Shown piece by piece: positions 38,054 to 51,724 of a DNA stretch of 64,000 nt; the first letter of the stretch is position 1; each line of letters starts with the position of its first letter. This DNA comes from Octopus sinensis (lineage: Eukaryota), in the NCBI RefSeq assembly GCF_006345805.1, contig NC_042997.1:191456001-191520000 (forward strand), read 5' to 3'. A model generated the notes under the pieces. It searched no databases. It was not told where the DNA came from and saw only the letters and a program-made list of their open reading frames with translations. The position numbers were made by a program, and so were the translations under genes.

Positions 38054-38445
38054 CTAATAAAGAATAATAATAATAATAATAATAATGATGATGATGATGA
38101 TGATATGCAATACTAATCTAAATCATTTAGATTTGTATAAGGAATATCTGACCCCCAACTAAACTACCATAATTATTTATCATTATTATTATTATTATTA
38201 TTATTACTGTGACTTAGCACTGTATAGAACAGACTGCACGACCGAGAAATATATCTAAACAAACCAGATTACCACAAACCAACCATTACAAATAACGAAC
38301 ACTGAAAGACTTGTCAAGAAGTATAGAATTCCACATTCCAGAAACATTACACTAAATCTCTTACAGAATTAAGAAAGCTTTAACTGAAGGTCACTAATGT
38401 AGAAACATACATTACATATATGTTCAGAAAAGAACCACAACCAAT

Positions 38446-39060
38446 ATGATTTCAAAAACAGCAACAGAATTTGATAATTGTGTCAACATGGTACTATCTT
38501 CCAAGAAGGAATCAAATATTGCAGAGCCATCTGAAAAAGCAGGTAAAAAAATTGGAAAAAAATTCATTGGAAAATGTTTCAGAAATTTGACTCCCTTGAT
38601 GTGTATTTAGAAAAAAAAAACAAAAAACAAACGTGCTCAGAAACTGCTTACACCTGCACGACTTGCTAAACAGATAGTGGAAGAGAATAAAAAAAATATC
38701 AGAAAAACAAAGTTGCCGATCGCTGCAATCTAAGATTCCAAAACGTGCTCCTGCGACTAGTTTCATTCCTAAAGTTTACAGTTCACAAACTCCTGTTCTA
38801 AATTACCAAAGTCTACGAAAAAAGGGCAGGAAACATCTGCAAAGAAGTTGAGTGCCAAGAAAGTGTCTAGCTCTTCTAAAAAAAACTGATTGTAGAGCAC
38901 CTTTCATGTCACCAAGGATGAATGAGAGCAAAACCAAGAAAAAAGTTTTTACACCTTTCAATTTTATTGCAAACAAAAACACATCATCTTCTGGAGCCAA
39001 AAAACCAAAATTTGATCTGCAAGCCAGTCTAGCCAAGCCAATTACATGGAAGCAACATAC
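38446..39060 (+). pseudogene. NUSAP1: NUSAP1-like (nucleolar and spindle-associated protein) pseudogene fragment
   Basis: NWKKIHWKMFQKFDSLDVYLEKK and KKPKFDLQASLAKPITWKQH resemble the two conserved NuSAP blocks (NFKKLH..F..MESID.Y; FDLKASLSRPL.Y.PH); frameshifts in A-runs; truncated at (TA)n. Confidence 0.7.
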
Positions 39061-39066
39061 ATACAT

Positions 39067-39118
<52 letters not shown>

Positions 39119-39124
<6 letters not shown>

Positions 39125-39449
39125 CAAAATAAGCAACAAGGATATCCAGAGGTAATGCAGTACGATCGTTTCATGCGACTCCATTTAATTGAACGATGCA
39201 AACATTACATCAATTTAAAATGCAGAGCAATCTTCAGCTGCATAAAAATATAGAATTTAGTTAAATTCGAAGGATTCATTTGTATAGTTTTCTTTTTATC
39301 CAAAATCACAAAGAGGATAAGTAGATAGACAAAAAACATGTTTGGATATCCTTGTTGCTTATTTTGATTATAATCACCCCCATTTTGAATTATATGGATA
39401 ATACCATAATAAATTCTGGTGCCTTTAACTTAAGTACCATATTCAACTA
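39119..39449. mobile_element. Fold-back PLE terminal repeat with hammerhead
   Basis: 30-bp arms 39119-39148 / 39343-39372; follows long (TA)n. Confidence 0.7.
39155..39243 (-). ncRNA. Type I hammerhead ribozyme in fold-back PLE terminal repeat
   Basis: Minus strand ATGCAG-CTGAAGA-long stem II-GAAA-CGATCG-TA-CTGCAT; palindromic stem III, GUA triplet; U.U at base of stem II. Confidence 0.7.
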
Positions 39450-41690
39450 TGTTGATTCAATCTGATAAGACTGGAAATCTGTACAAACTTTATAAAGACT
39501 ATTATTTGGAATTACTTAAAAAAGAAATTCAGAAAAAGTATAAAATTGCTGATAAAAGAATATTTAAGAAAGCCAACATTGAGGCTATGAAAATCATGGA
39601 GTAATATAACCTACAAACGAAGACAGAACCACTTGTTCCTAAGCAACCTCGGTTCATTTTGAAGGATCACAAACCAAATTTTTTTACTAACCCATCATTA
39701 AGGCTTATCTGCCCTTCTAGCTCTGACATCGGTATCCTTAGTAAAAATATACTAGATAAATATATTCCTAATTTAATCAAAACATTAAAACTTAGTTTAT
39801 GGACTAATTCGTTTGAAGTAGTTGACTGGTTGGTTTAGTTCTATTAACAATAAGGTGAGTACTAAGTTTATCCAGTTTGATATTTCCAATTTTTATTCTT
39901 CTATCAATCCAATAGTACTTAATAAGGCACTTTGGCTTGCTCATAACAAAGCTGGTCTCACCCGAGAAGAAATTAATGTTGTGTTGGCAGCCAGAAGATC
40001 TATTATTAAATTTGATGATAAGTTGTGGGTCCGTAAAGACACACCAGATAGTTTCGATACACCAATGGGAAGTTCTGATTCAGCACAGACAGCCGATTTG
40101 GTCTGTATATATATTCTTTTTGAAATGGCTGAAGAGTTCCCTAACATTTATGGAGGTCTATATCGTGATGATTGTTTACTTTACCTAAAAATCGTTTTTG
40201 ATGACGATATGATGAAGGCCAACTTTTTAGATATTACGCTTAATTTACACAGTGACTCTTACCTCCCATATCGTAAACCGTTGACCAATCTTAAGTCCAT
40301 TAGCAAATTTAGTAATCATCCTGGAGCAATTACTAAGAACTTGGTTAAGAATATTTCATTTAGATTATCTAAATTATCTGCTAATGTTGATATTTTCAAT
40401 AATAATGCTGAATTCTATAACTCTGCCTTAATCAAAGCAGGTTATACAGAGACAATTTTCTACATAGATTCTGCTCAGTCTAATTGTAAATTCAATAATG
40501 TAGATAAGATTTCTAGTCGTAAAAGAATTATTGATAACAAACATAACTTACGCACCGATACAAAGCGAATGAAGGCAGATAACCCTTATTTAATCCCCTA
40601 TTATTGATCTATAAGTAAATATAACACCTTCAAAAAGTAAATACGCTATGAATACTAGTAAAAATATTTGGTTAATAATTCCTTACGGGAGACAAATTAA
40701 ATCTAATCTCCCACTGCTGTGTCGTCAAGCTATTGCTAGGAATTTTCCAAACAATTCTAGATATTACTCTATAATCAATTCACATAAGATTAGGATAGGT
40801 TTTTCAAACACAAAAAATCTCTTGCAAATTATCTCTTCTCATAATAACAAACTGTTAAATATTAATACATTTACTAATACTAACATTAATTTAGCTAATA
40901 CCATCCAACCCTCTAGAAATATTAATAACAAGGTTATTGTATCTGAAGTCAATTCCAATAGAATTAAGTTTATGTCAAGTAACTCTAAGATTAAAAATTC
41001 TATATACCAGTGTATAATCAGTACTCGTAATAAAGTACGATTTTACATTGGAAGTACATCGTTAGAGTTATCTAAAAGAATTTCTATCCATTACTCAACA
41101 TTTAGGGATAGAAATAAATGGAATAGTACCGGTGTCAGTAAACTGATTTGGGATTTAAAAGACCACAATGAACAATTTCATTTAGAATGGTTGATTCTCT
41201 CAATTTCGATACCATATGACAAAGGCAAGAAATTCTGTCTTCTCTGCAATTCTGAGCTATTTTTCATTATTTTTTCTAAAAATACTCTAGTAAACACGGT
41301 TATAGAGCGAGCATACAGATGTAAGCATTGGCAAAAACATACATTTAGTGCATATAAGTAGTCTCTATCATTATATATAATTTAAACTTTAATTTCCTTT
41401 ATATTTAACATTCACTATTAATATCCCTACTCTTTCTGTTAGCTACTTATGACGTGATATCATATAACGTTTTTTTTAAACAATATTAATAGCGTTCTGT
41501 CTATCGCTATACAAATCCATCATTTTTTGCTAAAATGTCTTATTGACGAGTTTCGTTTTTTTCACTTTCCTGAGGAGAAGATTGCATTGTTTATACCATT
41601 TATTCTTTTGAATAGTATCAGTGGAATTTTCGAAACATGTGTCGAAAGTAAAAATATTTGATTACACCTGCGTTAACTCCATTCTTTTAT
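39450..41690 (+). mobile_element. Penelope-like element (RT + GIY-YIG endonuclease), degenerate, with 3' hammerhead
   Basis: DKTGNLY, LKDHKPNF, QFDISNFY, MGS, LYRDD, NFLDITL, YRKP, SNHP; IYQC..FYIGST; CLLCNSE..CKH; several stops/frameshifts. Confidence 0.9.
41564..41649 (+). ncRNA. Type I hammerhead ribozyme at PLE 3' end
   Basis: Stem I ACTTTC/GAAAGT, CTGAGGA, stem II GAAGATT..AATTTTC, GAAA, short stem III C-ATGT-G, GUC cleavage triplet. Confidence 0.75.
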
Positions 41691-41714
41691 ACATATATAT
41701 ATATACCTCATGGA

Positions 41715-42322
41715 CTTTCCCATCGTTAAATGATGTATGAGGGTTCGGTAAGAAATTGCCAAACAACCACACAGGATTTGTTTATAGTGATCCAATGTTT
41801 GTGTTCGTGTAAGTTCACACCCTCCATCAAATCGACATTACCTGTACAGGTACACTGTGTGCCACATGTCAGATGACGAAATGATCGCAGAGCAATGTGA
41901 AATGAAGTGCTTTTGCTCAAGAACACAACGCAATGCCCGGTCTGGGAATCAGACCCACGATCTCGCAATCTTGAGTGCAACACCCTAACCACTAAGCCAA
42001 GCACCTTCACACACACACATACCTAACTCACATGATGGACTAGACTATTGGGTGTTGTTATACATCGCTGATCACAATGTACTTTGCATTGTTTTAGCTT
42101 TTGAATGACGCCACCCAACTGGCTAGGTGAGCAGGCTAACATTATCCCTGTTCAGAACACTATTCCATCACATGGTTCCCCATCTACAGCTGAGTGGACT
42201 GGAGCAACATGAAATGAAGTGTTTTGCTCAAGAACACAACACACCACCCAGTCCAGGAATCAAACCCAAGAATACTAGATCGTGAGTGCAACACCCTAAC
42301 CACTAGGCCATGTGCCTTCACA
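41715..42322 (-). mobile_element. Two SINE family C-related copies
   Basis: Heads at ~42010 and ~42322 (GTGAAGG..TGGC.TAGTGGTTAGGG). Confidence 0.75.
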
Positions 42323-43047
42323 TGCACACACACATACATACATACATACATACATACACATATATATAATGTATGGAATACAGCTAATTAAGGAAGGGTT
42401 AGTATATTTTGGAATCATCAAAGGCCAGACGTTAACAAAGAAAAAATAAAAGGTTTACACCATAGAAAAACAGAAGGAACCAAAGATGAAACTACACACC
42501 TTAATGTCAAATTGGAATCTTTTTGGCGATGGTATTTGGGATAGGGGTGGGGCACTGGATTAATCACAAAGAAACAAGCTCCTTCTTCAATTATAATCAG
42601 ACTGTTGACAAATGAACCTGAATGAAATATCTATGAAAGTATCTGCATTGAGTACTGTCGTCAGCTGTTTTAAGGTCGAAAGTAAGGTAAAAGGAAATTC
42701 CCCACCCTCTTACCAAAAAGGAGGGAAAAAAAATCTAAAGACATTACAAGACTCCTGCTTCACAGATGTGCACGCTAAATACCTTCTTTGGTTGTTCTGT
42801 TAATGATATGTAATATACAATGCCGAAAGCATTGTACAAGAAGCAAACATATCTTCCCCCCACCGCCCACATTTAGTTTATAAAGCAGAAATAAATACTT
42901 CACAAGTTTAAATACTGACTCATTTTGCTATGTGAGGAAAACACCTGACATTTAGATAACTAATTCTTATATTTCATAAATATACAGACACACAAACACA
43001 CACCTTATATGTGTGTGTGTGTGATAATATATGTGTGTGTATGTGTA

Positions 43048-43091
<44 letters not shown>

Positions 43092-43284
43092 CATACACAC
43101 ACACACTTTTTGAGGGGCTTGCTATCCATATCACATTTTGTTCTTGCTTGCATTTGGATGTGTAAATGGTTGCTATGGTAACATTTAATATTGTGCACCT
43201 CTATATCCATTACATTTAATGACATCTGCATCAAAATAGTTTGACTTGTGTCTTGTAGGATACTTTTAAAAAAGAGTATGTGTA

Positions 43285-43319
<35 letters not shown>

Positions 43320-45376
43320 TTATGTATGTATATAAGAAAATATTTAATCCATAACCAATAAAATGTATTTGGTTGAACTAAGAATTATAGATTAAATATT
43401 TTATTCACTCTCAGACTTATCCTGGAGCTGTTTATTCTAAGTGGCCAGACACAGCTTCTTTTGAACTTGCCAACCCCTGGAATATGTATTTGTTTATTTG
43501 CAGTTAAGGCAAAAACTTTGAAAAAGAAAAACAAGAAATTATACGACTGGGTTAATTGGTTATTAGCAATCACACGTGTCTTAAAATATACACTGAAAGT
43601 CTTCAAAAGTATCAACAGTTTGGCCTGTAGGGAACAGCGATGTCTGATTTTCAACCTCAGTAATTGATTGTGAAGTTTTATGAAACCACCCATATCTCAC
43701 ATTGACGATAAGTATTCGTTTTGTTAAAACCCTTAAACAGAGAGAGGCCAGGTCTCTATAAACCCTCCAGCTATGTAAAGAAGCAATCAGTTGAATCGAA
43801 ACAATCTTCCAATGCAATTACATATGACAAGTTACCAAACCACATCACTATTTCCAATACAGAGATTTGAAAATAAAACAATCTGTTTTTCTTTCAGTGT
43901 TACAAGAAAAAAAAAAATTTTAAAGGAGGGAGAGCAGGGGGAAGGGGGGGGGAGAGAAAAAGCATTAAATCAATCACTTTGAATTATTTCCTAAAATCAA
44001 TAACTTTTCAACTGTTCATTACTCATTACCACGAAAAGCTTCTTACAAGAAAAAAAAGTAAATAAAAACAAAAACAAACAAAAATAAACAGCCACTAATG
44101 AACCTGAAAACTATCCAGTTTTAGTAGACAAGTAAATCTGTGGAAGCCACTCTGATGAGATGCATTATGGGACACTAATCTAAGAGTTAAAAAAACAACA
44201 ACAATAAAACAAAAAAAGGGGTGGGGAATTTAAGACCTTCTCTAGGTCAATCATTTAATGTACAACAGAATTTAACCATACTGCCCAGCTTATCCTTTAA
44301 TCAAACCAAAAGTGTTGTGGTTTAAACTGTGAACACATTCAAACATATTGGAAGCAGCTTTCAAAAATATTTCATCTACAGACAAGTAAAATGACAGAAT
44401 GATTAAATGTCGGAATATTTTATATATCGTACAAAATGTATTTACTAGGTCTGTTCTCTTTCTCCACTTCCAAGTTTAAAAAAAAATTTTTTTTTTTCCT
44501 TTTTAAACTGCTTTTATATCCCCATTTGCTGAATGTGTACGTTTATAAAAAATGGCAGAATTTTGTCACTAATCTCCAGAGAAAAATTAACTTCTAGCAC
44601 CATTCACAGAAAAAGACACTTGCTTTATCCACAGACGGACGTAGGAAACTAAACTCTGATCAGCTTAGAACCAACAAAAATACCACTGATCTGGACATAG
44701 GATTTAACAGACTGGAAATATTTATTTCTGCAATTATTTATTTATACATATTTTTTTTTTTTAATTAGAGCTCCACGTAAAATATCTTTATTTCTCAGAT
44801 TTGGCAATTCATTTTGATTAAAGAATTTTAGGCATGTGAAAAAAGAACCCTCTGACATATACATGTTAATAAATTCATAAGCAGTGAGGAGTTATTAAAA
44901 CACTCTCACCCAAGAGACATCACTGCCATCAATCATATCCGACTGTTTGTACATTACCTCAAGGCAGAATATCATAGGGCATACGCAGCTTTCCAACAAA
45001 GGTGAAAGATGGGGGCTGGGGGAATTTGAAATTTCACCTTTGTAATCATAAACCATTACATGCAGGTTGTAGTTATTTTAATTGCATCTAAATTAACAAG
45101 CTATAAATCACTAGTGAAGGAGACCAAATGATCTGTTCAGACTTTTTTTTTTATGCATAAATACGGTAAAAACCAAATCCGAGAGAAAGCTATCTAAAAT
45201 AACTCAACATTATTAAGTGTTTTCTTTGAAACAGTATGAAATGCAAGCTGCAATTTTTGTTGTAATAACTGAATATAAAATTCAATATTTTTTCCAAACA
45301 TTTTCCATTAGGGAGTATAGCTCCAAACTTACAGGGAAAAATTAGATTTAGTATTAAATCAAATTTCACAGTATAA

Positions 45377-45638
45377 ATATATAAAATATGAATTAGAGAT
45401 AAAACCACTATTAGGCAACTCAAACAGTGATAGACATAAACCAATACATAAATAACAAATAATATAAATATAATTAATATAGTATAAAAAAAATTATTTT
45501 TAATTTTTAAATTTTTATATATATATTATATACGACATTAATTATATTTATATTATTTGTTATTTATGTATTGGTTTATGTCTATCACTGTTTGAGTTGC
45601 CTAATAGTGGTTTTATCTCTAATTCATATTTTATATAT
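45377..45638. repeat. Fold-back element, 102-bp near-perfect arms
   Basis: 45377-45478 / 45537-45638; explains the mirror ORFs 45190..45444(-) and 45571..45780(+). Confidence 0.85.
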
Positions 45639-46438
45639 ATATAATGATATATATATATATGAGAGAGAGAGAGAGATGCAGATAAACAGGTTGTCAAAGA
45701 TTTCAGTGTGTTTAAGCTCAAATCATTTGAGCAACACAATGTGTTTTCTATACAGAAAATCTTTAGTTCTCGCTTTTTGATATATATCGAAATGTGTAGA
45801 TTTTTACATGGATCTAATATGCTATGAATGAGTCAGTTACCCAGTAATAACTATATAAAACAACATTTAAATTAGCTTCCAAGACAACTGATCTAAGCTC
45901 TTTATAAGTGAGCTATATACCAATTTGCAATAATTAAAAATAATTTATAGCAAAAAGAAACAGGCTAACAGCAACAAAATGTATTTTTAATTAATTTTTT
46001 GTTTTATAGCTATTTAATTCAAGAGAGAAACCAAAACCAAATAAAAACAAAACCGAGAGGGAAAATATTAAAAAGTACCAGAATTTAAATCTGACAGTAC
46101 ATTTATATTTATAAATAAAGAACCTCATGAAACTCAAATTGAAACTTTTGAATTATACTGAAAATCTCTTGACTATTTGTACAAACTAAAGTTATTGATC
46201 AAAATTATTTACAAACCAAACAGCTCTAATTGTCAGAAAGAAACCCTAGTAATTAATGAGTAATCTGTTTGAAATAAAGGTTATTACTTATTTTGAGGAC
46301 TGGCTGGAGTAAACCTAAGAATTATGAGTAGATCATAACTCAGACATAAGCAAAAATTATATTATATTCTTACTATGTGCTCAAATTACATACACGAATA
46401 AATATTTTGTAATTATATATATAAAATGGAAAATCTTA

Positions 46439-46630
46439 GATACAGTAGGGTGCTTTTGAAAAAATGAAATAAGAATGACTGACTTTTTGATAATTATTTC
46501 CCATTTAAATGATTAGATGTTTACAAATCGTAATGACAGGTTGTAAACATCTAATCATCAAAGTGGAAAATAATTATCAAAAAAAATCACTCTTAATTGT
46601 TTTTTTTGTTCAAAGGCATGCTACTGTATC
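46439..46630. repeat. Imperfect palindrome (old MITE-like)
   Basis: GATACAGTAG/CTACTGTATC ends; inner ATGATTAGATGTTTACAA/TTGTAAACATCTAATCAT. Confidence 0.6.
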
Positions 46631-46698
46631 AAGGATGTACTGCTTCTCTGAAAATATATATCTGTAAATATAATATGTGACAATTATTCGGTAGTTAT

Positions 46699-46759
46699 GA
46701 TAAAACTCCGAGTTTCGGATGTCAGGGTGGAAATCCACGCTGCCATCTCTTCAGTTATC
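46699..46759 (-). ncRNA. Type I hammerhead ribozyme (left arm of fold-back element)
   Basis: Minus strand GATAA-CTGAAGA-GATG..CATC-C-GAAA-CTCGGAG-TT-TTATC. Confidence 0.65.
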
Positions 46760-46795
46760 TGGCCGTCGGAAAAAATGCATTTTTTCTGATGGGTG

Positions 46796-46856
46796 GATAA
46801 CTGAAGAGATGGTGGCATAGATTTCCACCCCGACATCCAAAACTCGGAGTTTTATC
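46796..46856 (+). ncRNA. Hammerhead copy in right arm with GAAA>AAAA core mutation
   Basis: GATAA-CTGAAGA-GATG..CATCC-AAAA-CTCGGAG-TT-TTATC. Confidence 0.5.
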
Positions 46857-46979
46857 ATGGCTACCGAATAATTGTCGCATATTACATTTACAGATAAATT
46901 CCTCTATTTACATAATATCGAGGTCTCTTTCATTCTTTTGTTGTCTTACCATTTCTAACAATATATATATATATCGATG

Positions 46980-47027
<48 letters not shown>

Positions 47028-47217
47028 TTTTTTTTTTTAAATGAGTTTTTATATGCATAAAAACAGTGAACAATAAAGGACTTGCTATAAGTGTAGACCC
47101 CGGTGTCTGTAACAATTTTATTGACTGTAACTTTGAAGTTTTGTTGGCTGTATTCCTTGTCAGACTGACAACAGCCAGTAAAACCTCTAAGTTATTGTCA
47201 ATGAAATCGTATATATA

Positions 47218-47340
47218 CAGGGTGATTCAAAAGTCACCATACATAGGAAAAACATTTTTTTTATAAGAAACAGTTAAATAAAAAACTGTCTTATAAAAAA
47301 ATAAATTGTTCTTATGTATGGCGACTTTTGAATCACCCTA
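47218..47340. mobile_element. Tc1/mariner-type MITE
   Basis: TA|CAGGGTGATTCAAAAGTC ... GACTTTTGAATCACCCT; near-fully palindromic. Confidence 0.8.
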
Positions 47341-47504
47341 AATATTATATATCATGTAAAGAAAGAGAGACAGAAAGACGAAGTATTTGAAAATGTTGGT
47401 ACATAGATTTTAATTTCAGACATAACTAACAAAGGCATTTCAGACTCATAGAAAACTATCATGTTGAGAGTGAAGTAAATGCAGGCAACACTCTTGGAAC
47501 AAGG

Positions 47505-47566
<62 letters not shown>

Positions 47567-49832
47567 CCCTGACAGAGGACAAAAATAGGGAGGAGCAAAT
47601 GATAGGGGAGTGCAGTAAATTATTCAAACAGTGGTTTGGAGTGTGTATGCAAGCAGTGTTTATGTTTGGAAGAAATAAACCTTACAATGATTAAAAAATG
47701 AAACTTTTTTTTTTTTGTTTAACTTGAGAAATGGGTTAATAAGAGATTAACAAGTTAACTGACAAAATATTTAAATCAATTGAAAAAGGGGAAAGAAAAC
47801 GCATACCAAAAGGAGAGATGGGCAACAAGGATCTGCAAAAAAAAAGTCAACAATCAGTTTGGTATCCTCTTTGGTATAACAATTCTTAATTAGTGTAATT
47901 GCAATAAGTTAATATAGTGTAGAGAAAGAGGATGTGGTAGATGAAATATTAACTGAGATGGAATGAGAATCGGGATTATGTTATCTAATTTCTAAGTGTT
48001 TGTTATTTAATACACTAGTCTTAACTATAAATCATCTTGATCCCAGGTCTCAATCCATTCACAACAAATATTTAGCCATATCTTAACAAGCTTTGGGTAA
48101 TGTATATAGATCGACTAATTTATCAGCCAGACAGATAATAAAGTTAGTTAGAGGCACCTGTAACATACCAATATTTGGTCAAACTGATTTCTCCAAATAC
48201 CTATGTAGACAAACTTGATATTTGAGTAAGAGACTGTGTTAGCAGGAGTGAGATGACAGAGCAGGTGTAGATTTTTTTTAAAGATAGCCTACCAGAAAAT
48301 ACACCTGTCTGCCTTACAAAATGTAATTTGCTCTTATAAGCAACCAAAACTACCTGTCATTAATGGGTAGAGTAATATAATCAACAATTCTTTGGAAAAA
48401 CAAAACTGTTCTTGGCATACTTACACCAGGTTATCACATAGCGCTACTCTACACTATAAAGTGACTGAAAGATTTCAATAAGGAGTAATTTTGGGGGAGT
48501 GTATTGGTGCTTAGTGTTGCTATCAGACATATACATTCATTCATTAATACAACCAAACTGGCATACACACAGACAAAGCTGGGACAATGGTCAGGGCAAT
48601 ACTTCCGAGAGGAGGCAGAAAGTGGTGTCATCAGGTTTTGTCTTGTGGCACATTGCCAGGCCGTACAAACTTCTCAGGGCTTGGTCTGGGTTTCTGAAAG
48701 GAAAAATTTTCCACATTAAGTTCCATGATAATAAAGAAATATTTACATTTAAAATAATAATAGTGAAATTTACATAGTTTATAGGGAAAATATTTTTTTT
48801 TTTTTACAGTGCTCTAATTTAAGAGGGGCAGATAACAATCTAGGATGTTGATATAATATACCATGCCATTTCCCAATAATAAAATAGATCTATGTGCCTA
48901 TTTTCTGAGATCTATCAACCTTTTATAGTAGCATGGTATCCATTAGGAAGAATTGATTACATATTAATGTCCAGAATTCAAGAGTCAACCTTATTATACA
49001 TGCTGACTTTGACATCAACCCTGTTACTTCAAATATTTTTGCAAAGATGCCCTCTTTCTGATTGTTCCACAGAGTGGTCTAAATTATCTACAGTTCTTAC
49101 AGCTTAACAAGCAGCAAACATAGAGAGTACAGACATTAAAAGTAGAACTGTGTTGTTCAAACAACAAACATATAGACAACAGCTTTAACATATATATAAC
49201 TGACACAGAAAATTCATCATTGAAAACTGTCAACACACTAACCCCTGCTCTGATCTACTGAAAGACTTAACTAAGAAAAATGATTTTACTTCGCTAAACA
49301 ATGAGCAAAAAGGAGAAATTTGTTTTTAATTATGTGATTTCTGAAGAAGAAACTGCATGTTTTTCTGCTTTGTTTTTGACACACTCTTGTATGTAGATTA
49401 ATATGTAGTGTGACTGGAATGTATATATATAGAGAGGACAGAATACCAACAATGCATGGACTTAAATCTCCATACCATCACTGAAATCAATACTATTACT
49501 AAAAAATAATTGATAAATAATTAGGAAGACAAAAGCCAAACTGTCCAAAGGAGATAACTCGTGGCTCCTTTACTTACATACCAAATTAGTGGATTGACAA
49601 GAAAGCCACCTATTAGCATCTAATGTTACCAAGGCTTAGCTTTTCACTCCAAGACAAACAGGAAAAGAGCAATCAATGTACATTTAACCTACAAAGGTAC
49701 TCAATAAGCAATAACTAAAGTAATAGCCTTTCTATAAAATTATGTAAAAAATCATGGAGGTGAGGGGAATGAATCACTGAAGAGGTACTCTGATAAAACC
49801 ACATGCTTTAATGAAATTCATGTCTATCTGCC

Positions 49833-49870
<38 letters not shown>

Positions 49871-50264
49871 GATAATATGTGGTATGGCCAAGTGACCAAT
49901 GTAAGGGAGATAATCTCTACACGCTATTTGGCTAGATTAGAAGTTTGTAATTAAAACTCGAAGAACAAAGAAGGTAATGAATAGAATACATAATTCATTA
50001 ACTAGCTTCAGCTCAAGAGCTGCAGCCATGCTGGAGCACATACACACATATTCTTACATATTACGAAGATCTGGATACTTCCTAACTCCAAGCCTTTAGG
50101 TTCCATCCCAAAGTGTAGCACCTTAGGCAAGTATCTTCTTTTATGGCCTGTATTTCATGTGGGCCCGCTTTCTGCATATCTTTGCATGGAACCATTTGAG
50201 GGACGATGATGTCATGTTTATGTCCTTTGTAAACAATCTGCCCTGCAGCAATGGCAACATGTAT

Positions 50265-50645
50265 AGGTGCAGGCATGGCTGTGTGGTAAGAAGTTTGCTT
50301 CCCAAGAAACACATGGTTCTGGGTTCAATGCAAGAGTCTTCCACAATAGCCTCAAGCTGACCAAAGCCTTGTGGGTAGATTTGGCAGGCAGAAACTGAAA
50401 AAATCCTCTGCTTTATACATCTGTGTGTGAATATCTTTGTATCTGTGTTTGTCTCCCACCACCATTTAACAATTGGTGTTGGTGTGTTTATATGCCGTAA
50501 AACTTAGCAGTTTGGCAAAAGAGAGCGCTAAAATAAATACTAAGCTTTTTTTTTTTTAAATGAAGTATTGGGATTGATTTGCTTGACTAAAATGCTTCAA
50601 GGCAGTGCTCCAGCAAGGCTGCAGTACAATGACTGAAACAAAAGA
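50265..50645 (+). mobile_element. SINE family B
   Basis: Diverged full-length match. Confidence 0.8.
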
Positions 50646-51724
50646 CATTTTTAAGCATTTCAATGATGAATCCTGAGCAACTGGTTGAATTTGTTGTATG
50701 AAGTTAAATCCCATCTGATGCTAAATTAAAGAAGACAGTTCCGGTATAAATTGTTCAAGATAATACTAATGTAGAGAATCAAAACAAACTAAAGATAGTA
50801 TTCTCATAGTTATGTGATTCTGGTGACAGATATTGTACATACTAGAGTGACTGATTGGACTGAAGGGCCAGGAATAACCAATAACAGACATTGTAGATTG
50901 ACGAAAATTAAAGAGAATTCCAGGTTTAGAAGCAAATTAAAGATGAAATATGCAAACAGCTTTATTCTTTAATTTTTCTCGTTATGAATCCTAGCCTAAC
51001 ATTTTCAGCAATTTAAGAAACTGCTCAGAAATCTCCACCTACAGTCGTATAATGAGGTGAGGAAATGAAGAGTATGATGATTTTTATTCTGGTAAGAAAA
51101 ATGTATAGTATTCAGATAGGCAAAGACTTAAAAATAGAAAAACTCTACCTTGGTAGGGAGAGCAAAAATGTTTGAGTGGACATTGTAAGGTACATCTATA
51201 TTTGTTCTCCTTGATGATTCTTGGACAAATATAGATGGGATGGTCACATCACATGACTGAAGGATAACATGCACAATCAGAGTGATAGAATGGACAAGAT
51301 GAAGAGGCCGACCAATGACAAGATGATCTCACTTGCTATATAGGACCTGCATAGCCATGACTGACCAGAGATAGACAGCCGTAGAAGGAGTCCAGTACAA
51401 CCAGCCTGGAGGCTGCCACTGTGTTATGTCTATGGACAAGAACCTTGACTTACAACTAAAAACAGGTAGGTACTAGGTGGGATGAACTGTGCGTTATGAA
51501 TAGCAACAACATTGTAAGATTGAGAAGTGGCTTGTCAGCGAAGAGTGCTGAGTTCAATTTCTTTTGTGGCTATGAAAATGATTTTTCCCAGTTGTGTCCC
51601 AATAACTGGAAAACTTCAAAAATATCACCACACAAGGTGGAGATCAACATCTGGATGGATGGTTTAGAAGCAAATGACTAAAGAAACATGATAGAAACAC
51701 CAGTGGTGAGATACGATTTATATG

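Larger units (their letters stand above)
46659..46960. mobile_element. Asymmetric fold-back element with a hammerhead in each arm
   Basis: 119-bp arms centred on AAAAAATG|CATTTTTT (46777/46778), extension to ~46960, TA-rich flanks. Confidence 0.85.

Noticed and set aside
44150-44175. CTGATGAG motif (also CTGATGA near 1393, 9979, 18706)
   Set aside because: No appropriately placed GAAA..NUH or flanking helices
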